A DNA stretch of 64,000 bases from Myxococcales bacterium (GTDB lineage: Bacteria; Myxococcota_A; Polyangia; Polyangiales; DASUME01): contig JASGJH010000001.1 of NCBI GenBank assembly GCA_047601445.1, forward strand, positions 7,744,001 through 7,808,000, read 5' to 3'. A program made the position numbers and the translations under genes. A model generated the notes under the pieces. The model did no database searches. It worked only from the letters and a program-made list of their open reading frames with translations, and was not told where the DNA came from. This document shows, one piece after another, positions 1 to 9,004 of the stretch (within the stretch, counting starts at the first letter, position 1; the number at the start of each line of letters is the position of its first letter).

Positions 1-264
1 CTGCGAGAAATTACAGAGTCGGGGACAGTGGTCTGCGCGCGTAGTGCGATCCCGGTCCGAGCGGTGCAAGGGCGTGCGCGACGCCTAGCCTCTTCGAGCT
101 TCGACCCCTAACGAGGACGAGTAAGGTGCAGCGCGCGAGCGCGCAATGAGGCCCAGTCCCCCCGTTGGGGAGCTGCACGAGTTACCCAACTGATCAGCAA
201 AAGCCAGCGCCTTGGCCCACGGGGCGATCGACATGGCCGGCGGAGCGATTGGTTCGACCACGCG

Positions 265-1614
265 TCAGAGCTTGGTCTTCATGGTGACGAACTCCTCGGC
301 TGCGGTCGGGTGGATTCCGACCGTGCTGTCGAAGTCCGCCTTGGTGGCTCCGAGCTTCATGGCCACCGCGAAACCTTGCACGATCTCGCCGGCGTGATCG
401 CCAATCATGTGCAGTCCCACCACGCGCTGGCTCTCGGCATCCACCAGGAGCTTCATCAGCGTGCGCTTCTCGCGGCGCGTCAGGGCGTGCTTGAGAGCGC
501 GGAAGTTGCTCTTGTAGACATCGACGCGGGCATAGCGCGCGCGCGCCTCGGCCTCGCTGAGTCCCACCGTGCCGACGTTGGGATGGCTAAAGACCGCGCT
601 GGGGACATTTTCGTAGTCCACGCGGGTAGGGGTGCCCTGGAATAGCGTACGCGCGAGGGCCGAGGCTTCGGCGATGGCCACCGGCGTGAGGGCTCGACGA
701 TCGGTCACGTCGCCCACCGCGTAGACATGGTCCGCCGAGGTCTTCGAATAGGCGTCGACGCAAATGGCGCCGCGGGCCCCGAGCTGCACGTTCAGCCGCT
801 CGAGTCCGAAACCCTGGCTGCGCGGCACGCGTCCGGTGGCGAACAACACCTGGTCGGCGAGCAGGAGCTCTCCTCCGTTGAGCGTGACGACGACGTCGGT
901 GCCGTCTTTGTGCAGCCTACTTACCGTGCGCTTCGCATGGACGCGCACGCCGTCGCGGCTCAGCTCTGCCGTGAGGTGCGAGCGCATGTCTTCGTCGAAG
1001 CCGCGTAGCACCAGCTCTTCGCGCAGCACCAGATCGACCTGTGCGCCGAGCCCCGCGAAGATGCCGGCGAACTCCACGGCGATGTAGCCGCCGCCCACGA
1101 TGGTGATGCGCTCGGGCATGCTCTTGAGGGCGAACGCTTGATCCGAGCTGATGCCGAGCTCGTGTCCGGGGATCTCGGGGATAAAGGGCACTCCACCGGT
1201 GGCGACCAGGATGGTGCGCGCGCTCAAGCGCTGATCACCCACCAACACGTCGTGGCCGCCGAGCAGCTCGGCACGTGCCTGATAGAGCGTGACCCCGGCC
1301 TTCTCGAGCAGCTGGCGGTAGATCGCGTTGAGGCGCAGGATCTCCAGGTCCATGTTGTCGACGAGCGTACGAAACGAGTGCTCGCTGCCTGAGCTGGACC
1401 AGCCGAAGCCCGCAGCGTCCTGCAGGTCGCGGCCGAGCTCGGAGGCGTAGGCCAACAGCTTCTTCGGGATGCACCCCACGTTGACGCAGGTGCCGCCCAG
1501 ACGGTTGTACTCGGCCAGCGCCACCTTGGCGCCGAACTCCGCGGCCATGCGTGCTGCACGCACGCCGCCCGAACCGCCGCCGATCACCAGGAGGTCGTAG
1601 TCGTGGCTTTGCAT
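265..1614 (-). CDS. gor: Glutathione-disulfide reductase
   Basis: FAD-binding GGGSGG, redox motif GGTCVNVGCIPKK, NADPH-binding GGGYIAVE, C-terminal HPTAAEE dimer motif. Confidence 0.93.
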   Translation of the reverse strand: MQSHDYDLLVIGGGSGGVRAARMAAEFGAKVALAEYNRLGGTCVNVGCIPKKLLAYASELGRDLQDAAGFGWSSSGSEHSFRTLVDNMDLEILRLNAIYRQLLEKAGVTLYQARAELLGGHDVLVGDQRLSARTILVATGGVPFIPEIPGHELGISSDQAFALKSMPERITIVGGGYIAVEFAGIFAGLGAQVDLVLREELVLRGFDEDMRSHLTAELSRDGVRVHAKRTVSRLHKDGTDVVVTLNGGELLLADQVLFATGRVPRSQGFGLERLNVQLGARGAICVDAYSKTSADHVYAVGDVTDRRALTPVAIAEASALARTLFQGTPTRVDYENVPSAVFSHPNVGTVGLSEAEARARYARVDVYKSNFRALKHALTRREKRTLMKLLVDAESQRVVGLHMIGDHAGEIVQGFAVAMKLGATKADFDSTVGIHPTAAEEFVTMKTKL

Positions 1615-1623
1615 CCGGGAAAT

Positions 1624-3462
1624 TTAGCCGATTAGCGTGAGCAAGCCCGAGCCGTCGATGGCCGGCTCGAAGACGCCCCCCACCGCGAGCCCGCTCGGCG
1701 TGCGCTTGAGCTCCACCATCAGCGAGACCGCCTTCAACACGGCGTCGGCTCCGCCTGCTCGTTCCAGGGCGATGAGCGCGTCCTTGGCCGAGCGCTGCTC
1801 GAAGCTCACCAGGCTTCCCTCGTGGTGCAACGAGAGCTTGCTCAGCAGCGTGGGAAGTTCGCTCTCGCGCGGCGTGTGGATCAACAGGCGCTCCGGGCGG
1901 AAGTGCCGCACCCGGTCGAGCAATGTCTCGATGTCCACCGTGCCCAACCGCAGGCACACCGACGAGCGCTCGCCCACCGCGATCTCCGGAGAGCGCTCGA
2001 ACAGTGCTACGCGCTCCTCGGCGTCGCACGCGTGCAGCGCGCCCGAGACGAGGCGGGCCAGTTCGCCGCTGCCTGGTCCCACGAACCAGACCTGGCGCTT
2101 GTTGCGCACGGCTTCCTGGATCGCACTCGCATGGTCGTTGGTGAGTAGACCGCTCTGGGCCAGCTCCGAGAGTGATTTGAGCTGGGCCGGGCGCCGCTGC
2201 ACCGACAGCACGGGTCCCTCGCTGGTGGCCGCCTTGAGCACGGCCACCACATGCAGACCGTTGGGCAGGGAGAGCTCCACGCTGTCCGGGAGACTTCCGA
2301 CGAGCCCGCCTTGGGCGCACAAGCGGCGCAGGCACGTGAGCACGGCCTGGGGCGCCGAGAAGACCACGGACTCGGGGCTCAGACCCTGGCCGCGGTCGGC
2401 GCGGATGCGGTCGAAGCGCTCCACCACGATGTGAAACACGTGGGCGTCGGCCAGCAAGCTGTCGATGGGTCCGAGGCCCACCGCCTCGTGCAGAGCCGCC
2501 TTGCCCAGGCCCAGGCGATCGCGGAAACGCGTGGGTTGTTCGTTCGCGAGCTCGGCGAGCTTGTTGTGGATCAAGCGCTCGGCCTTTTGCCAGCGTCGCT
2601 CGTCCACGAACGAGCTCGGATCGGCGTCGTCGAGATCGAACTCGCGGCCGATCCGCAGCATGAGCAAGCGCAGGTCGCTCTGTCCGCCCGGGCTCGGCGC
2701 GCCCGGAGGCAACGCTACGCGCGCAGGAGGCGGGGTCTGACGGCGCGGGGCAGGGCCACCGAGCGAAGTTGGAGCCAGGACGCGCGACACAGGCGAGCCA
2801 TCGGCGAGCACGCCCTCCTGGGGCGTAGACGGTCCCTCGATGCCCTCGGCGGGCGGGCGCTCGCTGACGGTGTCCAGACCACCGATGACCGGGGGCATGC
2901 TCGGCGCGGTGCGCGACGGAGGCATCACGGATGGCGGTGGCGGGGCGCTCGTGTGGGGCCCAAGGGGGGCCGACATGCTCGGCGAATTGCCCCGCAGCAC
3001 CAGCGGGATGTCGTCCATGCCGGGGCGGGCCTCCACGATGGGCTCGGGGGCCCGGCTCGGCAGCGGCGGCACGGGCGAATGACCGGAGATGGGCGCGGGG
3101 CCACCGAGCGGCAGGTCCTGCCGCGACACAGGCGGACGCATGGAACCCGAGGCACTCATGTCGCCCTCGAGCGTCAGCACGAAGTCGCCGATGTAGATCT
3201 TGTCACCCTCTTTGACGACGAGCGGAGAGGTGATCTTGCGGCCGTTGACGTAGGTGCCGTTGGTGCTCTTGAGGTCCACCACGATGAAGCGGTTGTCCTT
3301 GAGCACGATGCGCGAGTGGCGCTTGGATACATTGCCCTTGGGCAGGACCACATCGTTGCCGGGGACTCGACCGATGGTGACTTCAGGCTCGCCGAAGGAG
3401 AGGCGCTTCTGGGCACCGGTTTTCTCGGTGATCACGACGGTGAACATGGGCCCGCGCATCAT
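1624..3462 (-). CDS. FHA domain + Pro-rich linker + degenerate CpaF/TadA-like (VirB11 family) ATPase domain
   Basis: FHA motifs IGR, VSKRH, DLKSTNGTYVNG; C-terminal half follows the CpaF pattern (EAVGLGPIDSLLAD, ERVALFE, RPERLLI) but the Walker A lysine is missing. Confidence 0.8.
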   Translation of the reverse strand: MMRGPMFTVVITEKTGAQKRLSFGEPEVTIGRVPGNDVVLPKGNVSKRHSRIVLKDNRFIVVDLKSTNGTYVNGRKITSPLVVKEGDKIYIGDFVLTLEGDMSASGSMRPPVSRQDLPLGGPAPISGHSPVPPLPSRAPEPIVEARPGMDDIPLVLRGNSPSMSAPLGPHTSAPPPPSVMPPSRTAPSMPPVIGGLDTVSERPPAEGIEGPSTPQEGVLADGSPVSRVLAPTSLGGPAPRRQTPPPARVALPPGAPSPGGQSDLRLLMLRIGREFDLDDADPSSFVDERRWQKAERLIHNKLAELANEQPTRFRDRLGLGKAALHEAVGLGPIDSLLADAHVFHIVVERFDRIRADRGQGLSPESVVFSAPQAVLTCLRRLCAQGGLVGSLPDSVELSLPNGLHVVAVLKAATSEGPVLSVQRRPAQLKSLSELAQSGLLTNDHASAIQEAVRNKRQVWFVGPGSGELARLVSGALHACDAEERVALFERSPEIAVGERSSVCLRLGTVDIETLLDRVRHFRPERLLIHTPRESELPTLLSKLSLHHEGSLVSFEQRSAKDALIALERAGGADAVLKAVSLMVELKRTPSGLAVGGVFEPAIDGSGLLTLIG

Positions 3463-3500
3463 ACATGCGGCAGCGGGCCCCGGGCTATCACCATGTCACC

Positions 3501-3612
3501 GGGCAGGTCACGCGACCTTCCCCCGTCGCCGCCAAGCCGTGCCAGGGGTTGACTCAGGGCCCACCCCATTGACTCAGGGTCCACCCTACCGGGCGCGGTT
3601 CGCTTCGCTCAC
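3501..3612 (+). repeat. Dispersed REP-like repeat, copy A (contains internal tandem TTGACTCAGGGYCCACCC x2)
   Basis: Starts with hairpin GGGCAGGTCACGCGACCTTCCC and ends GGTTCGCTTCGCTCAC; similar to 15854-15932 and 18196-18313. Confidence 0.7.
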
Positions 3613-6488
3613 TGTTCCAGGCGCAAACCGGTCGGCAGGGACTCGCCGAACACGCGGCCTCGGTCGGCCTCGCTCAGCTCGCCCCCCTCGCGAACTAGTC
3701 GCACCCAGGTTTCGTTGCCCTGCACACGGGCCAGTGCCGAGGCTGCACGCTCGCGCAGGGGGGGTGAAAGGTCCCGGGCCCGGTCGTGCGTGAGGCGCGC
3801 TAGCTGGGCCACCGCGAACGCGCTTTGTTCCACGCTGGCCAGGTCGAGACTCAGGGCTCGCTCCAGCCAGCGACTGGCCACGTCCGTGGGCACCGTGGTG
3901 TGGGCGCTGCCATGCAGAGGTGCGCGTGCCCCCAGGCGACCCACGCTCCACCAGATGGACCCAACGGAGATTTCACCCTTGCCCAGGCGGGCCAGGAGCC
4001 AATCGCCCACCTGTACTTTTCGAGCCGCAGGCACACGCTCGAGCGCACCCGCGAGGCGCACCATGTCCTCGAGGCCGAGGGCACGCGGACCCTTGGGGCG
4101 GGGCTTCGGGCGGGGGCCCTGGGGCTCCAGGTAGTACGCGAGGTCGTCGAGCAAACGCAGCTGTTGCTCGTCCGCGAGGCCGCCCGCGATGCGCCGCCAC
4201 ATGACCCACCATTGGCTCCAGATCTGGGGATCGGGCGAGAACTGCAGTCCTTCGCCATAGAGCGCCCAGAGCTGTTCGACCCGGAAATCGTCCAGCGGAT
4301 AGCCGTAGCCGGGCCGCAGGGTGTACCCCGTGAGGTTGAGCCACAAACGTTCGTGATCGGCCGAACGCCGCCGCCGCTTGGCTCCGGCCAACAGGGCTCC
4401 GAAGAGCTCACGCAGGAGGGCCGTATCCCAGCCGTCGCGCTCGCCGAGGATGCGCTCGAGGTCGTTGCGCAGGGTCTTGATCTTTTTGCCCTCGAGCTCC
4501 TTGTTGGACTTGCCGAAGTAGCTCTGGATCAGGGCCGTCGCCTGGGCGAAACGCGGGTGCAGTTGAGTGACTCGCTGCACGGCAGGGCGCTCGCTCAGGC
4601 GGCCCTCGGGCGCGTAGGAGTCGCGCGAGGCTTCGCGCAGGGCGAACTCGAGCTTGTAGCGTCGATTGGGGTCGTCGACGGCCACCGAGCTCATTTCCAG
4701 CGTGCCCACTTCGGTGAGGCCCGTGTGCAGCTCCACGCGTAGCTCGTTGCTGTCGCCGGGCTTGGCCTCCAGCACCGCGGCGATTTCGGGCAACTCATGG
4801 AAGCTGTCATCGAGGCGCACCAGCTCGCCTGGACGATGGGTGCTGTCCGCGGTGCTGGTGAAGAGGCGAAAGCGCACGGGCTGACCCACGCGCAGCAAGA
4901 ACGTGCGGCCCTTGAGCGTGAGCTCTTCGCCCTCTTCCGCACCGCGCGGCAACACGCAGAGTCCCGTGCCGCCCTCGGCTCCACCCTCGACCAGCAAGTA
5001 GTAGCTGCGCGGTGAGCCGCCGCCGATGCGTAGCCCGACGCCGCGACGGGCGAGACCGTAGGCGACGGCTCCGCGCGCCACCGCCAATTCGGGCTCGCGG
5101 TTGTCGAGCTCCGTGAGCGGGGCGCCGCGCAGCCCGGCGAGCACCTGCGCCAGGCGCTCCTTGAGGCTCGTCGCGCGGAACACGCCGCCGTTGAACAGCA
5201 CTGCGTCCGGCATCACGCGTGCGGGCTCGGCTTGGGCCTCCTCGAGCGAGACACCGAGCGCTTCGGCGGCCACCGCGCGGTGGCGCTCGAGGAACGCGGC
5301 GATGTGCCGCGTGATGCCCGGATCGGCCACGAAGGGCAGGCCGAACTCCACCAGGCCCGTGCGACGCAGCTCGGGCCGGTCGCCGCCCTGCACGCGCGGA
5401 AAGAAGCCGTCGACGATGAGCTCGGCCACGCGTTCGCGCGTGAGGCTGGTGGACTTGGTGCCGCCGATCAGTTTGGAGCCACTGCCGAGCACGCTGAGCG
5501 TGGCCTGAGCCGGAGCCTGCTCGCTGAGCAAGAGCTCCTTGGCCGCGCGGCTCTGCTCCACCAGCTGGGTAAAGCGTGCTGGCGGAAGGCGCCCGTCGGC
5601 GCCCGCGAGGCCCGCTTCGCTGACGCGTGCCAGCGTGAGGTCCATGTTGTCGCCGCCGAGCATCAGGTGGTCGCCCACCGCGATGCGCGTGAGGCGCGGG
5701 CCGCTCTCGCGCAGCTCCACGTGAATGAGCGTGAGATCCGTGGTGCCGCCGCCGACGTCGACCACGAGCGCCAGACGCACGCCCTGCGCCGCCAGGTCTT
5801 CGGCCAGCGTGTCGCGATGGCGGTCGAGCCAGTCGTAGAACGCCGCCTGAGGTTCCTCCAGCAAGCGCAGCTTGGGCAGACCTGCGCGCTGGGCCGCTTC
5901 GAGCGTGAGCGCGCGCGCGGCCTCGTCGAACGAAGCGGGCACCGTCAGTACCACTTCCTGGGCCGACAAGGGATGCTTGGGGTGTGCGTCGTCCCAGCTC
6001 TTGCGCACGTGGGCCAAATAGCTCGCGCTGGCGTCGATAGGGGACACCTTGGCGACCCCCTCGGCGGCGCCCCACGGTAAGATGGCCGCGCGTCGATCGA
6101 CCGCTGCGTGACACAGCCAGCTCTTGGCGCTCGCCACCAGGCGTCCCGGGACTTTGCTGCCCAGGTTCTGCGCCAGCCGACCCACCACACCGGCGGGCAG
6201 TCGCGACAGAGCAGCTGAGCCCGCTGCTTGCTCGCGCGCGAGATCCTCGGCGCTCAGTTCGCCCTCCGCGGCGTGGTAGCGGAACGAGGGCAAGAGCGGC
6301 TCGGCCGCCACTTCGCCGGGCGCCACCAGCTGCGGCACATGGAAGACCTCGATTCGCGGCCTGGTCTGTTCGGTGGCTTCGCCCCCTGGTGCGTCATGGG
6401 CCCGCAGGGTGTCCACCACGCCGACGACGGTATGGGTGGTTCCGAGATCGATGCCTACGATGTAACGCGCGCGCTTTTCACTGCTCAT
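3609..6488 (-). CDS. Hsp70-family protein with C-terminal DUF3731-type alpha-helical domain
   Basis: GIDLGTT, TVPASFD, EEPQAA, VDVGGGTTD, LGGDNMD, LFNGGVF; C-terminal WLNLTGYTLRPGYGYPLDDFR and FGESLPTGL motifs. Confidence 0.88.
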   Translation of the reverse strand: MSSEKRARYIVGIDLGTTHTVVGVVDTLRAHDAPGGEATEQTRPRIEVFHVPQLVAPGEVAAEPLLPSFRYHAAEGELSAEDLAREQAAGSAALSRLPAGVVGRLAQNLGSKVPGRLVASAKSWLCHAAVDRRAAILPWGAAEGVAKVSPIDASASYLAHVRKSWDDAHPKHPLSAQEVVLTVPASFDEAARALTLEAAQRAGLPKLRLLEEPQAAFYDWLDRHRDTLAEDLAAQGVRLALVVDVGGGTTDLTLIHVELRESGPRLTRIAVGDHLMLGGDNMDLTLARVSEAGLAGADGRLPPARFTQLVEQSRAAKELLLSEQAPAQATLSVLGSGSKLIGGTKSTSLTRERVAELIVDGFFPRVQGGDRPELRRTGLVEFGLPFVADPGITRHIAAFLERHRAVAAEALGVSLEEAQAEPARVMPDAVLFNGGVFRATSLKERLAQVLAGLRGAPLTELDNREPELAVARGAVAYGLARRGVGLRIGGGSPRSYYLLVEGGAEGGTGLCVLPRGAEEGEELTLKGRTFLLRVGQPVRFRLFTSTADSTHRPGELVRLDDSFHELPEIAAVLEAKPGDSNELRVELHTGLTEVGTLEMSSVAVDDPNRRYKLEFALREASRDSYAPEGRLSERPAVQRVTQLHPRFAQATALIQSYFGKSNKELEGKKIKTLRNDLERILGERDGWDTALLRELFGALLAGAKRRRRSADHERLWLNLTGYTLRPGYGYPLDDFRVEQLWALYGEGLQFSPDPQIWSQWWVMWRRIAGGLADEQQLRLLDDLAYYLEPQGPRPKPRPKGPRALGLEDMVRLAGALERVPAARKVQVGDWLLARLGKGEISVGSIWWSVGRLGARAPLHGSAHTTVPTDVASRWLERALSLDLASVEQSAFAVAQLARLTHDRARDLSPPLRERAASALARVQGNETWVRLVREGGELSEADRGRVFGESLPTGLRLEQ

Positions 6489-8302
6489 GATGTGGCTCGG
6501 GTATCGAGCTCCACTTTCCAGCGTGCCTGGCCGCTGCGCGAGACGGCCTGGAGTTCCAAGGTGCCGACTTCGCTGATGCCTGCCTGCAGCTGCACCGTGA
6601 CGACCTCTCCCGGCGTGTGTCCATCGGCCGGCAGCATGGCCTCGACTTCCGGCAGCTCGACGAGCTCTTCGCCGCTCCAGCGGTCGAGCAGGTCGCCCGC
6701 GCGGTCATCGCGTCGCACCGAAGAGCCGAAGAAGCGAAAGCGCACCGGCTCGCCCACGACCAGGCCGAACTCGGCGCTCGGCATCTCTGCCTGCGTGCCT
6801 TCTTCGAGCCCGAACGGTGCCACGCACAGAGCCGAGAGTGGTGGCGGCATGCCCGGCACGGCTGGCATCGCGCTCTCCACGCCGACGTAGTAGGCCTGCG
6901 CGCTGCCGCCGCGGATACGGATGCCCTGACCCGCGCGCACGTACCCGTAGTAAGCCGCGCCGCGCGCCACCGCGAGGTCGAGGTCCGCGCCCGACAGCAC
7001 GCGTACCTCGGGCGCGCCGCTGCTGGCGAGCCAGCGGTCGAGCACCTTCACCACCCGTGCTTGCAACAGGGGCGACTTGAACACGCCGCCGTTGAACAAG
7101 AGGGCCGTGGGCTGCGCGAAGCCGTGATCGTTCTGGCCCAGCGCGTTCGCCTGGCGCGCCAGGAACGCTGCCAGGTGACGCGTGATGCCGGCGTCTTGAG
7201 CATAGGGAAGGCCGAGCTGCGTAAGCGCGCCGCGGGCGCGGCTCTGCGGGCGCGCCGAGGCCTCTACTTCGGGAAAGAAGCCCTCGAGCAGGATGCGCGT
7301 GAGGTCATCGCGCGTGAGCTCGCACTTGAGGGAGCCGCCGATCAGCTTGGAGCCGCGCCCCGGGATGACCACGGGGGCCGAGGTCTCGTCCGCGAACGTC
7401 AGCAGGCGCTCCTTGGCCGCGCGCGCCGCCTGCGTGAGCGTGGCTAGCTGGACCGGATCGAGCGAGTGTCCCTCCTGCTCGAGCACCACCTTGAGGTGAT
7501 ACGCGAGGGCCAGATCCATGTTGTCGCCACCGAGCAGAATATGCTCGCCCACCGCCAGGCGCTCGAGCGCCAGCTCCCCGTCCTGCTCGCGCACGGCGAT
7601 CAGGGAAAAGTCGCTGGTGCCGCCGCCCACGTCGACCACCAGGATCACGTCGCCGACCCGTACCTGCTCGCGCCAGGCGCCTTCGGTATTCGAGAGCCAG
7701 CTGTAGAGCGCCGCCTGGGGCTCTTCCAGCAGCACCGCGTGCCCGAGGCCCGCCCTGCGCGCCGCCTCCGCGGTCAGCTCGCGAGCCGAGGGATCGAACG
7801 AGGCTGGCACCGTGATGGTGAGGGCTTGCTCGGACAGCGGCGCGTCCGGGTTCTCCGCGTCCCAGGCGTTGCGCAGGTGCTCGAGGTAGTGCGTGCTGGC
7901 ATCGAGCGGCGAGAGCTTGGGAATTTCGGCCGCCGAGCCGGGCGGCAGAATGGCCGCGTGACGATCCACGGCCGCGTGACCAAGCCAGCTCTTGGCGCTC
8001 GACACGAGTCGCGCCGCGCTCTTGGTGCCGAGCGCGCGCGCCGCTTCGCCGACCACGAAGCCCGACGGGAAACCTGTCCAGGGCAAGGTCAGTGCGTCCG
8101 GCGCCAGCTCGCTCGGGTGTGGCAGATAGAGGAAAGACGGCAGCAGGGCTTGGCGCTCCACTTGCCCTGGCGCCACCACCTGCGCAATGCCCAGGCCGCT
8201 CTGCGCCACCTGCTCGCCCTCCGAGAGCTCGAGATCGATGCTCGAGAGCGCGCAGTGCGTGGTGCCCAGGTCGATGCCTACCGAATGCACGGGCGCACTC
8301 AC
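6485..8302 (-). CDS. Hsp70-family protein (short paralogue)
   Basis: Same Hsp70 ATPase motifs; likely GTG start at 8302 overlapping the upstream stop (GTGA); stop overlaps the next ATG. Confidence 0.88.
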   Translation of the reverse strand: MSAPVHSVGIDLGTTHCALSSIDLELSEGEQVAQSGLGIAQVVAPGQVERQALLPSFLYLPHPSELAPDALTLPWTGFPSGFVVGEAARALGTKSAARLVSSAKSWLGHAAVDRHAAILPPGSAAEIPKLSPLDASTHYLEHLRNAWDAENPDAPLSEQALTITVPASFDPSARELTAEAARRAGLGHAVLLEEPQAALYSWLSNTEGAWREQVRVGDVILVVDVGGGTSDFSLIAVREQDGELALERLAVGEHILLGGDNMDLALAYHLKVVLEQEGHSLDPVQLATLTQAARAAKERLLTFADETSAPVVIPGRGSKLIGGSLKCELTRDDLTRILLEGFFPEVEASARPQSRARGALTQLGLPYAQDAGITRHLAAFLARQANALGQNDHGFAQPTALLFNGGVFKSPLLQARVVKVLDRWLASSGAPEVRVLSGADLDLAVARGAAYYGYVRAGQGIRIRGGSAQAYYVGVESAMPAVPGMPPPLSALCVAPFGLEEGTQAEMPSAEFGLVVGEPVRFRFFGSSVRRDDRAGDLLDRWSGEELVELPEVEAMLPADGHTPGEVVTVQLQAGISEVGTLELQAVSRSGQARWKVELDTRATS

Positions 8303-8862
8303 AGCTCCACCTCCGCCGGGGCCAGCACTTTGAGGTCCGCGCCGTCGCTCAGCTGGGGGAGCTCGATGCGCTTCACGCGCCATCCCGCGTGGGTCAGCGT
8401 GCCCTGAAAGGGGGCCTCGCCCACCACGTTCCCGGTCAGGCGCACCTCGTTGGCGGAGAAGCCCTTGGGCACGCTCACCCGCGAGCCCTCGTTCTCACCG
8501 CGTACGCGCTCGAGCTCCAGGTGGTTCTTGAGCGCCTTGCGGACACTCTCGTGCACCACGCGTGCAGCGGCCCCGATCTCGGCGTCCGAGAAATTCGCGA
8601 CGTCTTCCTGCACGAAGTCGATCAAGCGACCCTCGCGCTGCAGGAGCCCCAGCAGCTGGAGCGCGCTGTCGGTGGGCGCCGAGCGCAACTTGGGCGCCTC
8701 GGGCTTGGGGGCGGCGACGGGAGTCGCGGGCGCTTGCGGCGCCGTCTCGCCGCTGCCGAGACGGGCCACCCGACCGGCGAAGGGCGCGTTGAACAGCACG
8801 CGGAAAAAGGCGGCGAAAGCCAGGCCGATGCGTGCGAAGAACGAGGGATCAGAGACGGTCAC
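8299..8862 (-). CDS. DUF2760-domain protein (putatively GrpE-like)
   Basis: ALQLLGLLQREGRLIDF, IGAAARVVH and VLAPAEVEL motifs; N-terminal hydrophobic segment; first gene of the Hsp70 operon. Confidence 0.82.
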   Translation of the reverse strand: MTVSDPSFFARIGLAFAAFFRVLFNAPFAGRVARLGSGETAPQAPATPVAAPKPEAPKLRSAPTDSALQLLGLLQREGRLIDFVQEDVANFSDAEIGAAARVVHESVRKALKNHLELERVRGENEGSRVSVPKGFSANEVRLTGNVVGEAPFQGTLTHAGWRVKRIELPQLSDGADLKVLAPAEVEL

Positions 8863-8914
8863 GGGGCACCTTTCGCGAGCTCCCGCGGACGGGGGCTGGT
8901 CGAGCAGCCTCGAA

Positions 8915-8954
8915 TTAGCACTCCGGGACCGCTTGGGGTGCCCGGGAGTGACAA
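8915..8954. promoter_or_regulatory. CIRCE-like inverted repeat with non-canonical 22-nt spacer
   Basis: TTAGCACTC (8915-8923), 22-nt spacer, GAGTGACAA (8946-8954); lies between the divergent Hsp70 operon and Smr gene. Confidence 0.35.
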
Positions 8955-9004
8955 AGGCGGCCGCGGGCCCGCGCGCCGGGGCGGGCCTGTGCTAGCAGAG
9001 GAGG

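Noticed and set aside
3549..3586. Direct repeats as a mini CRISPR array
   Set aside because: Only two 18-bp units with a 2-bp spacer and no cas genes
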